Shown here one piece after another: positions 60,323 to 64,000 of a stretch of DNA of 64,000 nucleotides. Position 1 is the first letter of the stretch. Each line of letters opens with the position of its first letter. Both the position numbers and the translations under genes were made by a program. Source of the DNA: Leptospira sp. (GTDB taxonomy: Bacteria > Spirochaetota > Leptospiria > Leptospirales > Leptospiraceae); assembly GCA_034439575.1 (NCBI GenBank), contig JAWXAQ010000022.1, forward strand, positions 32,001 through 96,000, written 5' to 3'. The notes below the pieces were generated by a model. The model worked only from the letters and a program-made list of their open reading frames with translations, made no database searches and had not been told where the DNA came from.

Positions 60323-61995
60323 GAAAAAGCCTTGCGCAAATTCTTTTAGAAGATGGGATTCTTACTCCTAAAGATTTAGAGGATATTTCCAAACAACAGG
60401 AAAAGACAAATCTTCCTTTAACGCATATCATTCAAAAAAAGGGCCTAGCATCTGAGATAGACATACTAAAGGCCTTATCTAAATTACATCGTATGGACTT
60501 TATTGAAAAATTAGAGTTCCAGGCAAATGACGCCCTTTATTCAAAAATTCCACTCAAACTAATCCAACGTTCTAAAATCGTTCCCTTCCATGTGAACAAA
60601 AATGTGATACGAGTTGCGACAAGTGACCCAACAGATCTGCATCCTATGGATGATATACGTGCCTTCTTAAATGGATATGATATTGAGTTTGTTTTAACGC
60701 CAGAACAAGAAATCATGCGCATCGTACATTCGCAGTTTGATAAAACAACTGCCGAAGCCAAAGAGATGATGGATGAGATGGATGGGTCTTTTGATGATCT
60801 CAATGATGCATTTGAATCCGATGCTCTAGATTTATCGAACGAAGCACCTATCATTAAGATGGTGAATGTGATATTATCACAAGCTGTTTCTGAAAGAGCT
60901 TCCGACGTACATATTGAACCGTTTGAAAAAACTTTAATTGTTCGTTATCGAGTGGATGGAATTTTGCAAAAAGTTTTGTCTCCACCTAAATCATATTTGG
61001 CTGGAATTTCGACACGTATAAAAATCATGTCAAACCTCAATATAGCCGAAAACAGATTGCCGCAAGATGGACGTATCAAACTTAGGTTAGCTGGGAAAGA
61101 CGTCGACATTCGAGTATCCATAATTCCTTGCCAATTTGGTGAAAGAATCGTTATGCGACTCTTAAATAAAACGGATCAGAAATATTCAATTTATAGCATG
61201 GGTTTCAATGACGAGATTTTAAATGGATTTAAAGAATTAATTTATAAACCATATGGAATTATATTAGTCACAGGCCCTACGGGTTCTGGAAAATCCACGA
61301 CACTTTATTCTGCATTAACAGAAATCAATACGGAAGAGAGAAATATCATCACTTGCGAGGATCCGGTGGAATACCAAATCGATGGGATTTCACAGATGCA
61401 AATGAGTGATAAAATTGGTCTGACATTTGCGGCTGGCCTTCGCTCTATTCTTCGTCAAGACCCTGACGTTGTGATGGTAGGGGAGATTCGAGATGAAGAA
61501 ACGGCCAGGATTTCCATCCAAGCATCGCTAACAGGACACTTGGTGTTTTCAACACTTCACACAAACGATGCCGCATCTGCTGTCACTCGTTTGGCAGATA
61601 TGGGAATTGAGCCTTATTTGATTACCTCAACGGTTCTCGGTTTTATGGCTCAGCGCCTTGTGCGCGTTATCTGCAAATCATGCAAAGAATCATATAAACC
61701 AACCGACAAAGATTTGGCTGGACTTGGAATCCATAGAAAAGAATTAAAAAATGGTGTTTTGTATCGAGGTAAAGGTTGTACAGCCTGCTTAAATTCTGGT
61801 TATAAAGGCAGGACAGGCATTTACGAATTGTTAATCATGGACGATGATGTAAAAAAAGTCGTTTTGCAAGGTGCAGATGCCAATAAAATTCGTGAAATTG
61901 CCTTAAAAAACGGACTTAGACCACTTCGTGATTATGGAAAACTTAAGGTCATTGATGGTGTTACTACCCCTGATGAAGTGATTCGGGTCGCATAA
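60319..61995 (+). CDS. gspE: Type II secretion ATPase GspE
   Basis: [43 protein letters not shown], CxxC pairs. Confidence 0.96.
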   Translation: MRKSLAQILLEDGILTPKDLEDISKQQEKTNLPLTHIIQKKGLASEIDILKALSKLHRMDFIEKLEFQANDALYSKIPLKLIQRSKIVPFHVNKNVIRVATSDPTDLHPMDDIRAFLNGYDIEFVLTPEQEIMRIVHSQFDKTTAEAKEMMDEMDGSFDDLNDAFESDALDLSNEAPIIKMVNVILSQAVSERASDVHIEPFEKTLIVRYRVDGILQKVLSPPKSYLAGISTRIKIMSNLNIAENRLPQDGRIKLRLAGKDVDIRVSIIPCQFGERIVMRLLNKTDQKYSIYSMGFNDEILNGFKELIYKPYGIILVTGPTGSGKSTTLYSALTEINTEERNIITCEDPVEYQIDGISQMQMSDKIGLTFAAGLRSILRQDPDVVMVGEIRDEETARISIQASLTGHLVFSTLHTNDAASAVTRLADMGIEPYLITSTVLGFMAQRLVRVICKSCKESYKPTDKDLAGLGIHRKELKNGVLYRGKGCTACLNSGYKGRTGIYELLIMDDDVKKVVLQGADANKIREIALKNGLRPLRDYGKLKVIDGVTTPDEVIRVA

Positions 61996-61997
61996 CA

Positions 61998-63224
61998 ATG
62001 CCACTCTTTACTTACGTTGCATTTAACAAAAAAGGTAAGGAAGAAAAAGGCATAGTAGATGCCAATAATGTCCAAGCTGCACGTAATAAATTAAAGACCA
62101 AAGGACTTTACGTTCGTTCTATCCAAGAAGATAGAGAAAAAGAAGAAAGAGATCTTTTTCCTTTTTTATCAAAATTTCTTTATCGCATTCCCAGGAAAGA
62201 TGTCGGTTTGTTTTCAAAAATGTTAGGAACATTACTTGGGGCGGGCATACCACTTGACCGTTGTTTGTTGTCCATCATTGACCAAGTAGATAATATTTAT
62301 TTGAAAAAAGTCATCATTGAAATGAGAGCCGATATCACCGAAGGGCTTTCATTATCCGAATCAATGAAAAAACATCCTACTGTATTTCCTGACCAATACC
62401 CCTCACTTATCGCCGTGGGTGAGTCAACAGGGAATTATGAGGACACATTACATCGTTTAGCTGACCTAGAAGAAAAATCAGCTGAATTAAAATCCAAAGT
62501 GCAAGTAGCTATGATTTATCCTGTGATTATGGGAACTCTTTCCCTAGCAGTTTCTGTATTTTTACTCATTGTTGTGATTCCACAGATTGAACAGCTGTTT
62601 GCTTCTTTTAATGCCACACTACCCTTAATTACTAGAATTGTAATTGGACTCTCATACTTTTTGACAAACTATTGGTGGCTAATTATACTTTTTGTTTTGG
62701 GTGGATCTTTTGCTTTTGCAAAATGGAAAAGTACAGAAAACGGTCGCAAAACTTGGGATAGAATTTTAATTAAACTTCCTGTGATTGGCTCTTTATTAAA
62801 GAAAGTTCTCGTTTCAAATTTTGCACGAAATCTTTCCATACTTCTAATGAATCGTGTTCCTTTAATCACTTCCTTAAATATAGTTTCAGATGTCGTGGAC
62901 CATACTGTATTTAGAGAAGAAATTTCGGCTGCGATTATCAAAATTAAAGAAGGGGGAAAACTTTCAGATTCACTGCAAGGTTCACAAATCCTTTCCCAAA
63001 TGGTACTCGGGATGCTAAATGCAGGTGAGGCATCTGACAAAGTCCCTGAAATGATGACAAAACTCTCAGAAATTTATGAAAGTGAAGTCGATACAGCAAT
63101 AAAATCTTTGACCCAATCCCTTGAACCGATTATGATTTTGGTTATGGGTGGTATCATTTTTACAATCATGGCGGCCATTATGACTCCCATGTACAAACTT
63201 ACTCAAGAAATTCAAAATATGTAA
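61998..63224 (+). CDS. gspF: Type II secretion inner-membrane platform GspF
   Basis: AGIPL, GESTG, AMIYP, SLEPIM. Confidence 0.94.
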   Translation: MPLFTYVAFNKKGKEEKGIVDANNVQAARNKLKTKGLYVRSIQEDREKEERDLFPFLSKFLYRIPRKDVGLFSKMLGTLLGAGIPLDRCLLSIIDQVDNIYLKKVIIEMRADITEGLSLSESMKKHPTVFPDQYPSLIAVGESTGNYEDTLHRLADLEEKSAELKSKVQVAMIYPVIMGTLSLAVSVFLLIVVIPQIEQLFASFNATLPLITRIVIGLSYFLTNYWWLIILFVLGGSFAFAKWKSTENGRKTWDRILIKLPVIGSLLKKVLVSNFARNLSILLMNRVPLITSLNIVSDVVDHTVFREEISAAIIKIKEGGKLSDSLQGSQILSQMVLGMLNAGEASDKVPEMMTKLSEIYESEVDTAIKSLTQSLEPIMILVMGGIIFTIMAAIMTPMYKLTQEIQNM

Positions 63225-63247
63225 CCGTCGAAAGAGGCAAAAAAGAT

Positions 63248-63721
63248 ATGAAACGAATGGGAAAAAACAGAAAGTATAGAGAAGGATTGACATTAATCGA
63301 GCTAACGGTCGTTATCTTGATCATTGGTTCACTAATGGGAATTCTATATGCAGGTTTTAAGAACTTTGGAAGTGGTAACGATAGCCAAGCAAAATTAAAA
63401 GTACAAAACGACAGTCGTATCCTTGAAATAAAACTGCGTGAATACTTTGATAAATTTGCAAAATATCCTACCGAAGAACAAGGCTTACGCGCTCTTATCG
63501 AACGTCCAGATGATGAAGAAATCGCGGCTGACTATGAACCATTGATTCGTGATAAGTCGGTAATGAAAGACCCTTGGGGAACTCCATACCAATTAAAATA
63601 CGATGAGAATAATACGTATCAAATACTTACGCTTGGTGCTGATAAAAAAGAAGGTGGCGAAGGTAGAAATAAAGATTTTAATATTTTAGATACGGAAGAT
63701 TATCCGACCGCATTAAAATAA
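63248..63721 (+). CDS. gspG: Type II secretion major pseudopilin GspG
   Basis: Prepilin G|LTLIE, YPTEEQGLRAL, DPWGTPY, GADKKEGGEG. Confidence 0.93.
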   Translation: MKRMGKNRKYREGLTLIELTVVILIIGSLMGILYAGFKNFGSGNDSQAKLKVQNDSRILEIKLREYFDKFAKYPTEEQGLRALIERPDDEEIAADYEPLIRDKSVMKDPWGTPYQLKYDENNTYQILTLGADKKEGGEGRNKDFNILDTEDYPTALK

Positions 63722-64000
63722 ATGTCAAAACTTGGCCGAAGATTGGCCAAAAGAAAATCAGTTCGATCAGGTTTAACTTTGGTCGAACTGGTGATTGTAA
63801 TTTTTATAGTTGGGTTCCTAATGGTTTTTGTAGGCGGGATACTTCGCAATCTCGTAGTACCAACAACTGAAGATGTATCCGCCAAATTATCTGAAGCATT
63901 TAAATTTGGTGCAGATAAAGCGCAATTAACTAACCAAACCGTTGTTTTTCGCTATAATTTTGAAACAGCCGAATACCAATTTTTTTCTTTGAAACGAGAA
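63722..64000 (+). CDS. Minor pseudopilin (GspH-like), truncated by the window edge
   Basis: Manual translation MSKLGRRLAKRKSVRSG|LTLVELVIVIFIVGFLMVFVGG: type IV prepilin N-terminus directly after gspG. Confidence 0.8.
   Translation, partial: MSKLGRRLAKRKSVRSGLTLVELVIVIFIVGFLMVFVGGILRNLVVPTTEDVSAKLSEAFKFGADKAQLTNQTVVFRYNFETAEYQFFSLKRE

Noticed and set aside
1-64000. CRISPR arrays, tRNA/rRNA, IS/integrase, prophage or defence systems
   Set aside because: No spaced direct repeats, RNA-gene signatures, or transposase/integrase/phage motifs seen; intergenic gaps are very short.

Overview
Gene-dense, AT-rich bacterial chromosome segment, most consistent with a Leptospira (spirochaete), probably a saprophytic-clade species. 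This is inferred from gene order, spirochaetal lipoboxes and frequent TTG starts. It is mostly core genome: LPS/envelope genes (O-antigen ligase, glycosyltransferases, gmhA, split heptose kinase/adenylyltransferase, kdsA, lptCAB, bamA, exbBD), leuCD, recN, uvrD, acyl-CoA ligase, pyrG, rpoN-hprK-HPr-NtrYX-like, priA-fmt-PASTA-rpe, rpsP-khpA-rimM-trmD-rplS-rnhB, yraN/comM and the start of a type II secretion operon (gspC-H). I saw no rRNA, tRNA, CRISPR, IS or prophage. Best leads: (1) a translationally coupled minus-strand operon of two paralogous CX4CH cytochrome-c-like lipoproteins, YceI and a DUF5777-type outer-membrane barrel, followed by a 7TM-DISM/SpoIIE sensor; (2) a 66-aa gene whose leader has a sigma28-like promoter and two GGA-loop hairpins (CsrA-like sites), as flagellin leaders do; (3) rnhB has no canonical start codon upstream of its catalytic motif. 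Several proteins look degenerate or repurposed (FliG-C-like, UDG-like, HD-GYP, CysK-like, FHA). All family calls come from motif recognition by eye; no database searches were run.
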